This document shows positions 42,516 through 52,627 of a stretch of 64,000 bases of DNA, piece by piece; within the stretch, counting starts at the first letter, position 1, and every line of letters begins with the position of its first letter. Both the position numbers and the translations under genes were made by a program. The notes beneath the pieces were generated by a model. That model saw nothing but the letters and a program-made list of their open reading frames with translations, did not search any database and was not told where the DNA came from. The stretch comes from an uncultured Bacilli bacterium (GTDB lineage: Bacteria; Bacillota_I; Bacilli_A; RF39; UBA660). The DNA lies in the NCBI GenBank assembly GCA_949451605.1, contig CASTSB010000002.1, positions 116,771 to 180,770 on the forward strand, given 5' to 3'.

Positions 42516-43582
42516 GGAAGTTCTTTTATATATTTATTTAATTTTAGTTTAGGAAAATAATAATTTAATATATTTTGAAAACTTATTCCATCTTTTGAAA
42601 GTTCATTTGCTCCAAATAAACTTAAGCCTAGAAAGTTTCCAAATCCAAAGCTAATTATTCTAATAAAATTATTATAAAAAATAATGTTAAAGTTTAAAGA
42701 TTTCAAGGAAAGTAGTTGCCTAAATTCTTCCCCAGCAAAATTTTTATTATTAATTACTAAATTCATTATAGAACCATTACTATCAAAATCGGTAATCAAG
42801 CATTTACTATTAGATGTAACATTAATTCCTAACATTTTAGAAATCTCTTCATAATTAAAATCTAAAACTTCTTTAGAATTTGAAGAGGAAAGATCCCATA
42901 GACTACTAACGCTAGATAAATAAGGATAAATAGTATTTTCAAATGTCCTTCCATTATTATTAAAATGGATAAATGGTAAAATAAATTCATTTTCATAACT
43001 TAAAAACATACTATCTGTCACATCTATTATTTTATTAAGTCTAGAAACTATTAAAGTATAATCATTTAACCATAAACCCTTATATAAACTTATATCTTTA
43101 TATTGAAAAAATTTATTTGTATTTTCTAAATATTTATTTTCCTTCATCATTTTATAAGCATAAGTTCTATAAAGAATTGAAATGCATTTCATAGTTTCAT
43201 CTTCCATAGTTGGATTATAAATAGATGCCAATATTCCTAATAAATATTTTTTTAAATTTACTTCAATAAAGGATCCATCTTCTAATTTTATATTTAAAAG
43301 ATAGTCTTCATTAGAATAAGAAGGATTACTTTTAGGAGTTGGTTTACTTTTACTTAAGTCTAAGGTTTTTACAGCAATCCCATCAATAATTAAAAAGACT
43401 TTATTTCCATTAAATTTTATTTCGTTATTTATTATAAAATTTTTAGTTCTTCTTGTAAGTTCATCTTGAGAATTCTTAATAGCTAATTCTTTAGAATATT
43501 CACTTCTCATATCTAAATATAGATAAAGGACATCTTCAGTACCATTATTCTTTATTTCATATCTATAAAACATTATCTTCAC
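42512..43582 (-). CDS. SpoIID/LytB-domain protein
   Basis: KKYLLGILASIY....MKCISILYRTYAYK matches the SpoIID motif E.YL.GVV..E....EALKAQAVAARTYA. No N-terminal TM helix. Confidence 0.5.
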   Translation of the reverse strand: MKIMFYRYEIKNNGTEDVLYLYLDMRSEYSKELAIKNSQDELTRRTKNFIINNEIKFNGNKVFLIIDGIAVKTLDLSKSKPTPKSNPSYSNEDYLLNIKLEDGSFIEVNLKKYLLGILASIYNPTMEDETMKCISILYRTYAYKMMKENKYLENTNKFFQYKDISLYKGLWLNDYTLIVSRLNKIIDVTDSMFLSYENEFILPFIHFNNNGRTFENTIYPYLSSVSSLWDLSSSNSKEVLDFNYEEISKMLGINVTSNSKCLITDFDSNGSIMNLVINNKNFAGEEFRQLLSLKSLNFNIIFYNNFIRIISFGFGNFLGLSLFGANELSKDGISFQNILNYYFPKLKLNKYIKELP

Positions 43583-43622
43583 CTAGTTTTATAATGGGCA
43601 AAAGAAAGAAGTTTTATACTAT

Positions 43623-44594
43623 TTAAAATTCAAAATATTTAAGTTCTTTATTTAATTCGCAATCAAGACCAGATAGATAACTAAGATTTAAGAATACTTC
43701 ATTTAAATTAACATCTTTTCCATCTAAAAAGTCAAAGCTACTACATATCAATTCTTCTGCTATTTTAATTGCCTTAATATATAATTCTATAAATGATTCA
43801 CTACTTTCCATATTATAAGTAGTAGGATTTCTCCAGACTGAGTGATTGTTATTTAAATAATTATGCATATCATTTAAAGGATAATGATAACTAACTGCTT
43901 CTAATCGAAATGTTTTGTCACTAGTAAAAGTATCAATAAATTTATAAATATTCTTTTTTATTCCATATACATCTCTTCTTAAAAAGAATAATGCACTTTT
44001 CATTTGTTTTAAAGACTTAAAATATATTGCACTAGCATTTTTTAAATTATAAGTTTCAAGAAATGATCTATTAATTAAAAAAACTAATTGCTTAGAAAAT
44101 TTACTAGTATCAAAACAATATTTATCTATTCTAAATTTATAAGGATTAATTTTCTCTCTTCTTTTAATCATATCATTATCTATAAATGTTTCCATAAATG
44201 TATGTTGATTATTATATTTATATGTGTTTTTATATTTTTTATCCATTACTCCAGTTTTATATATTATATAAGGATGTAATGTAGAATCTAATGCATAATG
44301 ACAAATGAAACCAGTTAAGAAAGATAAAGTATCTTTATCATTACTTAAATTATTTTCTTTAATTATATTCAAATTATTAATAAAAAATGCACGAGTTTTA
44401 TTAGAGTGAAAATATTCAGAAAGATTTCTAACTTTTTTTCCTGGCAAGATACTAAATAAGTTATAAAACATGAAAGGATCATATGCCTGACCAAACATTT
44501 TAAGTCTCTTTAAATTAAGTCTATTTTTAATATTTTCAGGAAGTATATCATATATATCATTTGTAAAATATGCGTGTGTTACAGTAGCTGGCAT
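43623..44594 (-). CDS. zinc-dependent phospholipase C family protein (cytoplasmic type)
   Basis: N-terminal TVTHAYFT and a later HYALDSTLHPY His cluster are typical of Zn_dep_PLPC. No signal peptide. Confidence 0.5.
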   Translation of the reverse strand: MPATVTHAYFTNDIYDILPENIKNRLNLKRLKMFGQAYDPFMFYNLFSILPGKKVRNLSEYFHSNKTRAFFINNLNIIKENNLSNDKDTLSFLTGFICHYALDSTLHPYIIYKTGVMDKKYKNTYKYNNQHTFMETFIDNDMIKRREKINPYKFRIDKYCFDTSKFSKQLVFLINRSFLETYNLKNASAIYFKSLKQMKSALFFLRRDVYGIKKNIYKFIDTFTSDKTFRLEAVSYHYPLNDMHNYLNNNHSVWRNPTTYNMESSESFIELYIKAIKIAEELICSSFDFLDGKDVNLNEVFLNLSYLSGLDCELNKELKYFEF

Positions 44595-44704
44595 AATATC
44601 CCTCCCAAAATAAAAATTATTTTAAAGTTATTATAGCATTAAACTTCACTAAAATTTCATACTTTTAGCCAAATTTTATGTTATAATCTATAATAGGTGA
44701 GATT

Positions 44705-45652
44705 ATGATAGAGAAAAAATTCAAGAATTTAGATGAGCAAATTGAAATATTTAAATCAAAAGACCTAATTATCAATGATGAAAAATATGTAAAAGAGATC
44801 TTACTAAGAGAAAATTATTTCTTTATCAATGGTTATAGGCACTTATTCATGAAATCAAAGAAGGATAGGCAATTCATTCATGGAACAACATTTGAAGAAT
44901 TATACAGCTTATTTTTATTTGATAGATCATTTAGAAATATTTTGTTTAAATACTTACTAGTAATCGAAAATAACTTAAAATCAATTACATCTTACCAATT
45001 ATCTAGAAAATATGGATATCGTGAAAGTGATTATTTGAGAGCTAAAAACTTTACACAAGCACCAGATAAACAAAGGCAAATTAATGACCTACTTAGAAAA
45101 ATGAAAAGACAAATAAGAATTAATGGTTCACAACATAGCGCAACTCACCATTATGTATCAAATTATGGATATATTCCTTTGTGGATACTAGTTAAAGTTT
45201 TATCGTTTGGAATAGTAAGTGAAATGTTTTCAATTTTAAAATCTGAAGACCAAAAAGAAATAGCAGAAGTTTATGATATTGAAGTAGATGCTTTAGAGAC
45301 TTATTTACCAATTCTTGCAAATTATAGAAACTTATGTGCACATGAAGATATTTTATATGAAAATAGAACTCAAAAGGAAATAAATAATACTGTATATCAT
45401 CAATTATTAAAAATACCAAAAGAAAATGATGAATATATTCAAGGTAAAAACGATGTTTTTGCTTTAATTATCATTTTAAAACAAATGTTAACTCATGAAG
45501 ATTTTAAAAATATGACATTGGAGCTAGATAATGTTATTCAAACGCTTAATTATAATTTAAATACTATTAAAATAGATATAATTTTAGAAAGAATGGGCTT
45601 CCCATTAAATTGGAAGGAATTAGCAAAAATCGAAAGGAGTGTTGATGAATAA
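44705..45652 (+). CDS. abortive-infection protein, Abi_2 (AbiD/AbiF) family, HEPN-type
   Basis: The N-terminus FKNLDEQIEIFKSKDLIINDEKYVKEILLRENYFFINGY matches Abi_2. HEPN Rx4H motif YRNLCAHED. Confidence 0.7.
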   Translation: MIEKKFKNLDEQIEIFKSKDLIINDEKYVKEILLRENYFFINGYRHLFMKSKKDRQFIHGTTFEELYSLFLFDRSFRNILFKYLLVIENNLKSITSYQLSRKYGYRESDYLRAKNFTQAPDKQRQINDLLRKMKRQIRINGSQHSATHHYVSNYGYIPLWILVKVLSFGIVSEMFSILKSEDQKEIAEVYDIEVDALETYLPILANYRNLCAHEDILYENRTQKEINNTVYHQLLKIPKENDEYIQGKNDVFALIIILKQMLTHEDFKNMTLELDNVIQTLNYNLNTIKIDIILERMGFPLNWKELAKIERSVDE

Positions 45653-47010
45653 TGCCAGCAAGAAAAAAAATAGAAGAAGCTGAAGAAAAAGAAATTAAAG
45701 TTAGTGAAGTAACAGAAGAATTTAAAAAAGAACTAATAGAAGAAATAAAAAAGGAAATGCAAGAAGATACAAATGTAGAAGAAACTGAATCTAAAAAAGT
45801 CGAAGTTATTGAAGATGATGAAGACGATTTCTACAATGATTATAGAAATTATAAAGAAATGAGAGAAGAATTTAATAATAAAAGAAATTATAAAAGAGAA
45901 AAAAATCCTTCAAGTTTTAGATTAGGATTTATTATGGTATTTTCATTTATAGTTGGTGCAATGGTAATGATAGGACTAATTAAATATACACCTCTTTTAC
46001 AAGAAGTTATTGGTTCAACTGATAATACTGTAATCACAAAAAATAAAACACAAGTCTATGAAAAAGGTTCTCTTGCTCCATCTGTTGAAAAAATTTATGA
46101 TGCAGTAGTAGTTATTCAATGTTATAAGAATGACCAATTAGCAAGTACAGGAACAGGTTTTGTATATAAAACAGATAATAAATATGGATATATTTTAACT
46201 AATGCCCATGTTGTTTCAGAAATGGAAAAAGTAAATGTAACTTTTACAAATGATGAAGAAGCAGAAGTAAAAGTTTTAGGAAGTGACTCTTATTTAGATT
46301 TAGCAGTTCTTAGAGTTGACAAAAAATATGTTTCTCTTGTTGCTAATATTGGTTCATCTGAAGATGTTAAAATAGGAGATTCTGTATTTACTGTTGGTTC
46401 TCCAATGGGATATGATTATCGTGGTAGTGTAACATCAGGAATTTTATCAGGAAAAGATAGAATGGTTGCAGTAAGTGTTTCTAACTCTCAAATGAATGAT
46501 TGGGTTATGAGAGTATTACAAATAGATGCATCAATCAATCCTGGAAATAGTGGTGGTCCTCTTCTAAATATTAACGGGGAAGTAATTGGAGTATGCTCAA
46601 TGAAACTTGTTGATGATGAAATAGAAGGTATGGGATTTGCAATTCCAATAGAATATGCCATGTCACATGTTGAGCAATTAGAAAAAGGTGAAGATATAGA
46701 ATGGCCAGTTTTAGGCGTTTCTATGGCAAATATTACTGATACAGGTACTTTATATAGAAATAATATAAGAGTAGATGATAACATCAAAGAAGGTGTAGTT
46801 GTAATTAGTACAACAGATAATAGTGCAGCAAAAGAAGCAGGTTTAAAAGCTGGAGATGTTATTACTAAGTTAGGTGGAAATAGTACTAAAAATATTGCTT
46901 ATCTAAGATATGAATTATATCAACATTCTGCAGGTGATGAAGTAGAAATTGAATATATTCGTGATGGAAAAACTCATAGTGTTAAAGTAAAACTTGGAAA
47001 AAGCTCTTAA
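45652..47010 (+). CDS. htrA: HtrA/DegP-family serine protease (trypsin-like + PDZ), membrane-anchored
   Basis: Acidic N-terminus, one TM helix, catalytic His (TNAHVV), GNSGGPL Ser motif, and a C-terminal PDZ domain. Confidence 0.85.
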   Translation: MPARKKIEEAEEKEIKVSEVTEEFKKELIEEIKKEMQEDTNVEETESKKVEVIEDDEDDFYNDYRNYKEMREEFNNKRNYKREKNPSSFRLGFIMVFSFIVGAMVMIGLIKYTPLLQEVIGSTDNTVITKNKTQVYEKGSLAPSVEKIYDAVVVIQCYKNDQLASTGTGFVYKTDNKYGYILTNAHVVSEMEKVNVTFTNDEEAEVKVLGSDSYLDLAVLRVDKKYVSLVANIGSSEDVKIGDSVFTVGSPMGYDYRGSVTSGILSGKDRMVAVSVSNSQMNDWVMRVLQIDASINPGNSGGPLLNINGEVIGVCSMKLVDDEIEGMGFAIPIEYAMSHVEQLEKGEDIEWPVLGVSMANITDTGTLYRNNIRVDDNIKEGVVVISTTDNSAAKEAGLKAGDVITKLGGNSTKNIAYLRYELYQHSAGDEVEIEYIRDGKTHSVKVKLGKSS

Positions 47011-47111
47011 AAGGGCTTTTTTTATTGAAAAAATTGAAGAAAAATGATATAATATGCCTAGAAATTTAGAATGCCTCCAAAATAAATAAGAGGCAAATGA
47101 GGGGTGATATT

Positions 47112-48056
47112 ATGTTAAGAGTTTTTAAAACTGATACTGCAACAAAGCAAGTTAAGAAAATAAAAAAAATAACAGTTGATTCGTGGATAGAATTAACCTC
47201 CCCAACCAAAGATGAGATAGAAAAAGTAGTTGCTAAAACTAATGTTGATATAGATCTTATTACAAAAATGCTAGATACTGAAGAATTACCACGTGTAGAA
47301 CAAAGTAATAATGCAATATTAATTGTTATAGATACACCTTATCTAGAAGGTGAACAAGAAGAGCATAAGTATACTACTTATCCATTAGGAATCATTATAA
47401 GCTCTAATAATTATGTAATAACTGTTTCTCCAAAGAAAATAAAAATTTTAGATGATTTCAAATTAAATAAAATTCAAGATTTTAGATCTGCCAAGAAAAC
47501 TCGCTTTTTAATCCAAATATTATTAAAGACTTCTTCTTATTATTTAAGAGCTTTAAAAGAAGTTAATGCAGATATTGAAGCTAAAGAACAAGTATTAAAA
47601 AAATCTACAAAAAATGATGATTTAATTGATCTTCTAGATATTGAAAAGACTTTAGTATACTTTATTACATCATTAAAGGCTAATGAAGCAGTTCTTGAAA
47701 AATTAAATAAAGGTACTATGGTAACTTTATATGAAAATGATAAAGACTTATTAGAAGATGCTGTTATTGAAAATAAACAAGCAATAGAAATGACAGGTAT
47801 TTATAAAAATATTTTAAATTCAATAAGTAATACTTATGAAACAATTGCATCAAACAATCTGAATAATGCAATGAAATTTTTAGCTGGCATTACAATTGTC
47901 TTATCAATTCCTACTATGATATCTTCATTTTTAGGAATGAATATTCCTCTAGGGTCTATTACAAACGATAATAATGCCTTTGTAATTATTACTTCTATTT
48001 CATTGGTAATTTCTATAATAATTGCACTTTTATTAAAGCACAAAGATATGCTGTAA
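47112..48056 (+). CDS. corA: CorA-family Mg2+/Co2+ transporter
   Basis: The C-terminus has two TM helices and the GMN motif (FLGMNIPLG). Confidence 0.8.
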   Translation: MLRVFKTDTATKQVKKIKKITVDSWIELTSPTKDEIEKVVAKTNVDIDLITKMLDTEELPRVEQSNNAILIVIDTPYLEGEQEEHKYTTYPLGIIISSNNYVITVSPKKIKILDDFKLNKIQDFRSAKKTRFLIQILLKTSSYYLRALKEVNADIEAKEQVLKKSTKNDDLIDLLDIEKTLVYFITSLKANEAVLEKLNKGTMVTLYENDKDLLEDAVIENKQAIEMTGIYKNILNSISNTYETIASNNLNNAMKFLAGITIVLSIPTMISSFLGMNIPLGSITNDNNAFVIITSISLVISIIIALLLKHKDML

Positions 48057-48057
48057 T

Positions 48058-48086
48058 TTGCAAAAATCACCAATTTATGGTATAAT
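48058..48086 (+). promoter_or_regulatory. consensus sigmaA promoter for the tandem-HEPN gene
   Basis: TTGCAA, 17-nt spacer, TATAAT. Confidence 0.6.
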
Positions 48087-48119
48087 ATGCACTATCGATC
48101 AGTAAAAGGGGTACGGTCT

Positions 48120-49943
48120 ATGTATAAAGAAACTGAAGAAGAAAGAGAGTTAAGAAGAAAAAAGATTCTTAATGAATTAAATACTTTTATAATCTCTAAC
48201 ATTTCTTATACAAAATACTTAGAAACTCTAGGAAATATTAATGACCTAGACTCTTTTTGCAATGTAGAAAAACTACAAGTAATTTATGCATCATTTATGA
48301 TGATGTTGTGGAAAGATGAATATATAAAAAAAGATAAAAGTAGACTTATATCAACATTATCTGATGAATTATTAGATGATATTGTTTCAATTGTCGCAGA
48401 ACAAAGAAATGATAATTCATGGAAAATTGGTGACTTAATATTTGAAAATAATTATGATGTCATAGATGTTATAAAAAATAAGCTTGCTCATGGTGATTAT
48501 ATAATTAATGAGAATTATTTAGAATTAGACATTGATAAGAAAAAAGGCTATATTTTAATTGACAACTTAGTAGATTTTACAAATGAATTAGCAGTTAAAT
48601 GGGAAAAAATTAAATCTAAAGGAGAAAATATTCAAAACTTTGTAACTGTAAAAATACCTAGTAAAGATTTAAAAGGTAAAATAAATAATTTTAAAGATGT
48701 TAATAAATATTTAAAATATTTAGGTTATCTAGAATTATCAGATAAACCATATCCAGGTTATGAAAGAAATAGAGAATATACTGAAACTATTGAAGAATTT
48801 ACCTCATCACTTATAAGTAATATGAATGGTAAAAATCCTAATTATATAGACGTCCTTAAAATGTATTTATTATCTATGCAGAAATTAGGTATAGATTTAA
48901 ATATTAAGTCCACTCCTGCTAATATGCTACCTAATTATGAAAAAGTTTTAGAATGTTTTAGAAAAAATAAAACTTTTTATAGAGAAGAAAACTTAGAAAA
49001 GCAAATTAACTATCTTGCCTATACTTTATATGAAAAAAACAATAACATTGCACCAAAGAAAAATATTACCGAAGGAATAATTTCTAATCAAAAGTTTTTA
49101 ATTGAATTAGCCAAAGATAATCAAACATCTTTAGTAGATTTACTAAACGCAAAGGACAAGGTTTCTCTTCCAGAAAAGAGTAAGTTAGATAAAAGTATTT
49201 TAACTTCATATCTAGTAGGTTTTTATGTAGTTTATATTTATGGATTAGATGAAATTTATACTGCTGATGAAAGAGACCATATAGATAAGATTTATAATCA
49301 TAAAATGTTTGATTTTTCTAAATTAGATTTATCCAGTATAAAACCAAATATTTTAAGTATAGATAAAGATTTTAGTTGTTTTAATGCTCAATTAAATAAG
49401 AATATCCAAACCAATAAAATAAATTTAGATAAGTATTATAAGTTAAGAAGAGATGCGATTTCTATTCGAAAAAAGATAGATGAATATAAAAATAGTCCAG
49501 AAAAAGATTTATCTAAATTAAAAAATGCTTTAAAAAAGCAAAATGAAATGATTAGTAAAGCACTTTATGAATACTCGGCTAATAAAATGAAAATTCATTT
49601 TGAAGAGGAATTTATAAAGAATGACTTTGAAAAATATAAGGAAAATAGATCGATAATTGAGCATATTAGAAATAGTATTTCACATGGAAATGTTAAAATA
49701 AACTACATTGGTGGATATGGTAGTAGAGAAGACTCAACTATTTACTTTCAAGATAGAGATAACGAAAGAATAACTTTTGAAGCAGAATTGTCAACAAAGG
49801 AATTCACAACACTTATTACAGGTAAAAATATAAAAGAAGTTTGTGGATATCTTGATACTAATACCCAAAATTATAATAAAGAAATTATGAATGAGGAAAA
49901 AGAAATTAATATAATTCCTAAACAAAAATATAAAAGATTATAA
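48120..49943 (+). CDS. hypothetical 607-aa protein with two HEPN-like motifs (tandem HEPN candidate)
   Basis: Internal duplicated motif: IKNKLAHGDYIIN (N-terminal third) and IRNSISHGNVKIN (C-terminal), that is [KR]N..[AS]HG[DN]..IN. The second copy is a canonical HEPN Rx4H. ATG 48120 follows RBS aaagggg. Confidence 0.55.
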   Translation: MYKETEEERELRRKKILNELNTFIISNISYTKYLETLGNINDLDSFCNVEKLQVIYASFMMMLWKDEYIKKDKSRLISTLSDELLDDIVSIVAEQRNDNSWKIGDLIFENNYDVIDVIKNKLAHGDYIINENYLELDIDKKKGYILIDNLVDFTNELAVKWEKIKSKGENIQNFVTVKIPSKDLKGKINNFKDVNKYLKYLGYLELSDKPYPGYERNREYTETIEEFTSSLISNMNGKNPNYIDVLKMYLLSMQKLGIDLNIKSTPANMLPNYEKVLECFRKNKTFYREENLEKQINYLAYTLYEKNNNIAPKKNITEGIISNQKFLIELAKDNQTSLVDLLNAKDKVSLPEKSKLDKSILTSYLVGFYVVYIYGLDEIYTADERDHIDKIYNHKMFDFSKLDLSSIKPNILSIDKDFSCFNAQLNKNIQTNKINLDKYYKLRRDAISIRKKIDEYKNSPEKDLSKLKNALKKQNEMISKALYEYSANKMKIHFEEEFIKNDFEKYKENRSIIEHIRNSISHGNVKINYIGGYGSREDSTIYFQDRDNERITFEAELSTKEFTTLITGKNIKEVCGYLDTNTQNYNKEIMNEEKEINIIPKQKYKRL

Positions 49944-49998
49944 GTTTATAAGCTTATAGTCTTTTTATTATGTTATAATTCCAATAGAAGGTGAAGAT

Positions 49999-50499
49999 AT
50001 GCACATTATAAATCATATAAGCCAAATTTACTTACTGAATAATAAATATTTTGTAATAGATTATAACAATAATGAAAAATTAGTATTAAATATAAAAAAA
50101 GGTAAAGAAGAAAACACTAATAATATAAAGGCTAATAATAAAAAAGTTATTTATCAAAATGGAAATGATTACCAGGAAAGTTTTGAATTATGTGAAATAG
50201 AAAGCATTACATTAAGAAGTAACGTAGAACTTTTAAATAATACTAATCAAAAGATAATCTCTTCTCCTTACTTAATTGAGATTAAGGATACAGAAAACAA
50301 CTCTTTCTTTATCGATGCTTGTCTAAATCAGACTTATACTAGAAAAAATCATTATATTTTAAAGTTATATTGTAACTCAAATGAAGATTATATTTTTAGT
50401 TTAAATAAGAAAATAGTTCCTTTCAATATTTTAATCAAGCTAAATATTTGTAATTTAATAAGTCCACTTCTTGCGATAGATGAAGAAGATATAGTATAA
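49999..50499 (+). CDS. hypothetical protein
   Basis: 166 aa. It is followed by two hairpin terminators (atccaca..tgtggat; aagaacc..ggttctt). Confidence 0.4.
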   Translation: MHIINHISQIYLLNNKYFVIDYNNNEKLVLNIKKGKEENTNNIKANNKKVIYQNGNDYQESFELCEIESITLRSNVELLNNTNQKIISSPYLIEIKDTENNSFFIDACLNQTYTRKNHYILKLYCNSNEDYIFSLNKKIVPFNILIKLNICNLISPLLAIDEEDIV

Positions 50500-50608
50500 A
50501 GTTTTATCCACAAATCCTGTGGATATTTTATTTTAAATAATGACATTTATTATAAACAAAAAAGAACCATTAGGTTCTTTTAATCATATCTTATAATAGG
50601 TGATTTAT

Positions 50609-50887
50609 ATGAATAATTTAGTTGGAGTAATAGTAGACGCTGGACATGGTGGAAATGACCCAGGTGCTGTAGCTGGAAATTTAAAAGAAAAAGATTTAAC
50701 CTTAAAAGCATCAAAATATATGTATGACAGATTAAGAGAATTAGGAATAGATGCAGAGCTTACAAGAGATTCAGATACTTCTCTTCCAAAATCAGAAAGA
50801 ATTAAAAAAGTATTAAGTTTATACAATAATAATCCTAATGTAATTTTAGTTGCTAATCATATTAACGCAGGTGGTCAGGACACGTAA
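50609..50887 (+). pseudogene. N-acetylmuramoyl-L-alanine amidase (Amidase_3, CwlC/endolysin-like), 5' part of a gene split by element insertion
   Basis: MNNLVGVIVDAGHGGNDPGAVAGNLKEKDLTLK...VANHINAGG, then QDT-stop read from element DNA. It continues in frame at 63873. Confidence 0.7.
50869..50874. repeat. attL core (aggtgg) of the integrated element
   Basis: The same hexamer occurs at 63872-63877. Joining the two flanks restores ...HINAGG/EGAEIVY. Confidence 0.5.
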
Positions 50888-50997
50888 TATGTGATTAAAA
50901 TATGGTAGCTGTGTATAACTTAATAAGCTTCTTGTTTTACTGGAATATATAGACAAAAAAATTATATGCTGTTAAATTATAAATAGGAGTTGTTATA

Positions 50998-51210
50998 ATG
51001 AAAATAAAATGTAAACAATGTGATAGCATTATAGAAAATAAAAATATTAATAAAGAAATATGGTGCTCTTGTAAAAATATAGGCATTTTTAATGATTATA
51101 TTTTATATGGAAATAAAAATAAATTAAAGGAAAAGAGTTATGAAGATTTAACACCTAAAAAATCATTAGAAGAAGTAGTAAATGAATTAAATAAGTTAGA
51201 AAATAATTAA
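50998..51210 (+). CDS. small Cys-rich (zinc-ribbon-like) protein
   Basis: CKQCDS...CSCKN. RBS aggag upstream. Confidence 0.45.
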   Translation: MKIKCKQCDSIIENKNINKEIWCSCKNIGIFNDYILYGNKNKLKEKSYEDLTPKKSLEEVVNELNKLENN

Positions 51211-51264
51211 ATAGAAAGTTGTGGAAACACAATTTTTTTAATGCTAGAAAAGAGGAAAAAATAT

Positions 51265-51564
51265 ATGAAAATAAAATCAATAAAAAAAGAAGAAGGATAT
51301 ACAGTGATGAGTAACTATCATTTTAAAGACAGAAGGTTAAGCTTAAAAGCAAAAGGATTACTTTCATTAATGTTATCATTACCAGATAATTGGGATTTTT
51401 CAATAATGGGATTAACTAGTATTTGTATTGAAAGCAGAGATACAATCAGAAAAATTATAAATGAATTAAAGATTAATAAGTATCTTAAAGTAGTAGAAAA
51501 TAGAGATAAGAATGGAAGATTTTATTATGAGTATATAATATATGAAAAACCATACGATGATTAA
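51265..51564 (+). CDS. mobile-element-associated helix-turn-helix protein
   Basis: NYHFKDRRLSLKAKGLLSLMLSLPDNWDFSIMGL...SRDTIRKIINELKINKYL...KNGRFYYEYIIYEKP is a pattern common in Firmicutes phage/ICE regulatory and replication proteins. Confidence 0.55.
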   Translation: MKIKSIKKEEGYTVMSNYHFKDRRLSLKAKGLLSLMLSLPDNWDFSIMGLTSICIESRDTIRKIINELKINKYLKVVENRDKNGRFYYEYIIYEKPYDD

Positions 51565-51751
51565 TCCATAGTACCTTTACGGTTATATGGATTTCCGTAT
51601 TCGGTTTTACATGTAGAATAGATAATAAAAAATAAAGTAATAAAACTAATAGTTAAAGATGTTAAAGGAAAAATGAAACAAATTAATAAGAAAAAATAAA
51701 TTTATTATGAAAAAATATGATATAATTATTATGGAAGTGTAGGTGGTAAAA

Positions 51752-52627
51752 ATGAAGAAAAAACAAAATTTATTGTTACAACCAGTTTTAAAATGGGCTG
51801 GAGGGAAAAGACAATTAATTCCTCAGTTGGAAAAATTTTTTCCAAAAAAATTTACTACCTATTATGAACCTTTTATAGGTGGAGGAGCAGTATTATTCCA
51901 TTTACAACCATCAAAGGCAGTAATTAACGATTTCAACGAGGATTTAATAAATTGCTATAGGTGTATAAAAGATAATTTGGATGAACTGATAGAAAAATTA
52001 AAATATTATGAGGCAAAAAATGATTCAGAGAGTTATTATGAAATAAGAGCTATTGATAGGACTGAAGAATATAAAAGTTGGAGTCCAGTAGAACGAGCAG
52101 CAAGGTTAATATATTTAAATAGAACATGTTATAACGGTTTGTTTAGAATGAATAGTGCTGGTCAATTTAATTCTCCATTTGGGTCTTACAAAAATCCTTG
52201 TATATGTAATGAACCTGTCTTAAGAGCAATAAATAAATATTTTAATGAAAATGAAATAGAGTTTAGATCAGGAGATTTTTATGATGCATGTATTGATGCT
52301 CCAAAGGGATCATTTATATATTTAGATCCTCCTTACGATCAATATGATGAACAAGTTAATTTTGTTGGTTATACAAAAAATGGTTTTTCAAGAACTGATC
52401 AAGAGCGTTTAAAGAATATGTGTGATGAATTAATTGAGCGTGGATGCTATATTATGGTAAGCAATTCAAAAACTCCTTTTATTGTTAATTTATATAGTGA
52501 TACAACAAAATATATAACTTATACAATTAATACGGTGAATGCAAGGAGAAATATAAATAGTAATGCTCAAAAGCGTGGTGAAGTTGAGGAGGTTTTGATT
52601 ATTGGAAAATTGGATATCAAAGAATAA
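51752..52627 (+). CDS. Dam-family N6-adenine DNA methyltransferase (D12 class)
   Basis: LKWAGGKRQL, EPFIGGGAV, DPPY and NRTCYNGL motifs. ATG 51752 follows RBS aggtgg. Confidence 0.85.
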   Translation: MKKKQNLLLQPVLKWAGGKRQLIPQLEKFFPKKFTTYYEPFIGGGAVLFHLQPSKAVINDFNEDLINCYRCIKDNLDELIEKLKYYEAKNDSESYYEIRAIDRTEEYKSWSPVERAARLIYLNRTCYNGLFRMNSAGQFNSPFGSYKNPCICNEPVLRAINKYFNENEIEFRSGDFYDACIDAPKGSFIYLDPPYDQYDEQVNFVGYTKNGFSRTDQERLKNMCDELIERGCYIMVSNSKTPFIVNLYSDTTKYITYTINTVNARRNINSNAQKRGEVEEVLIIGKLDIKE

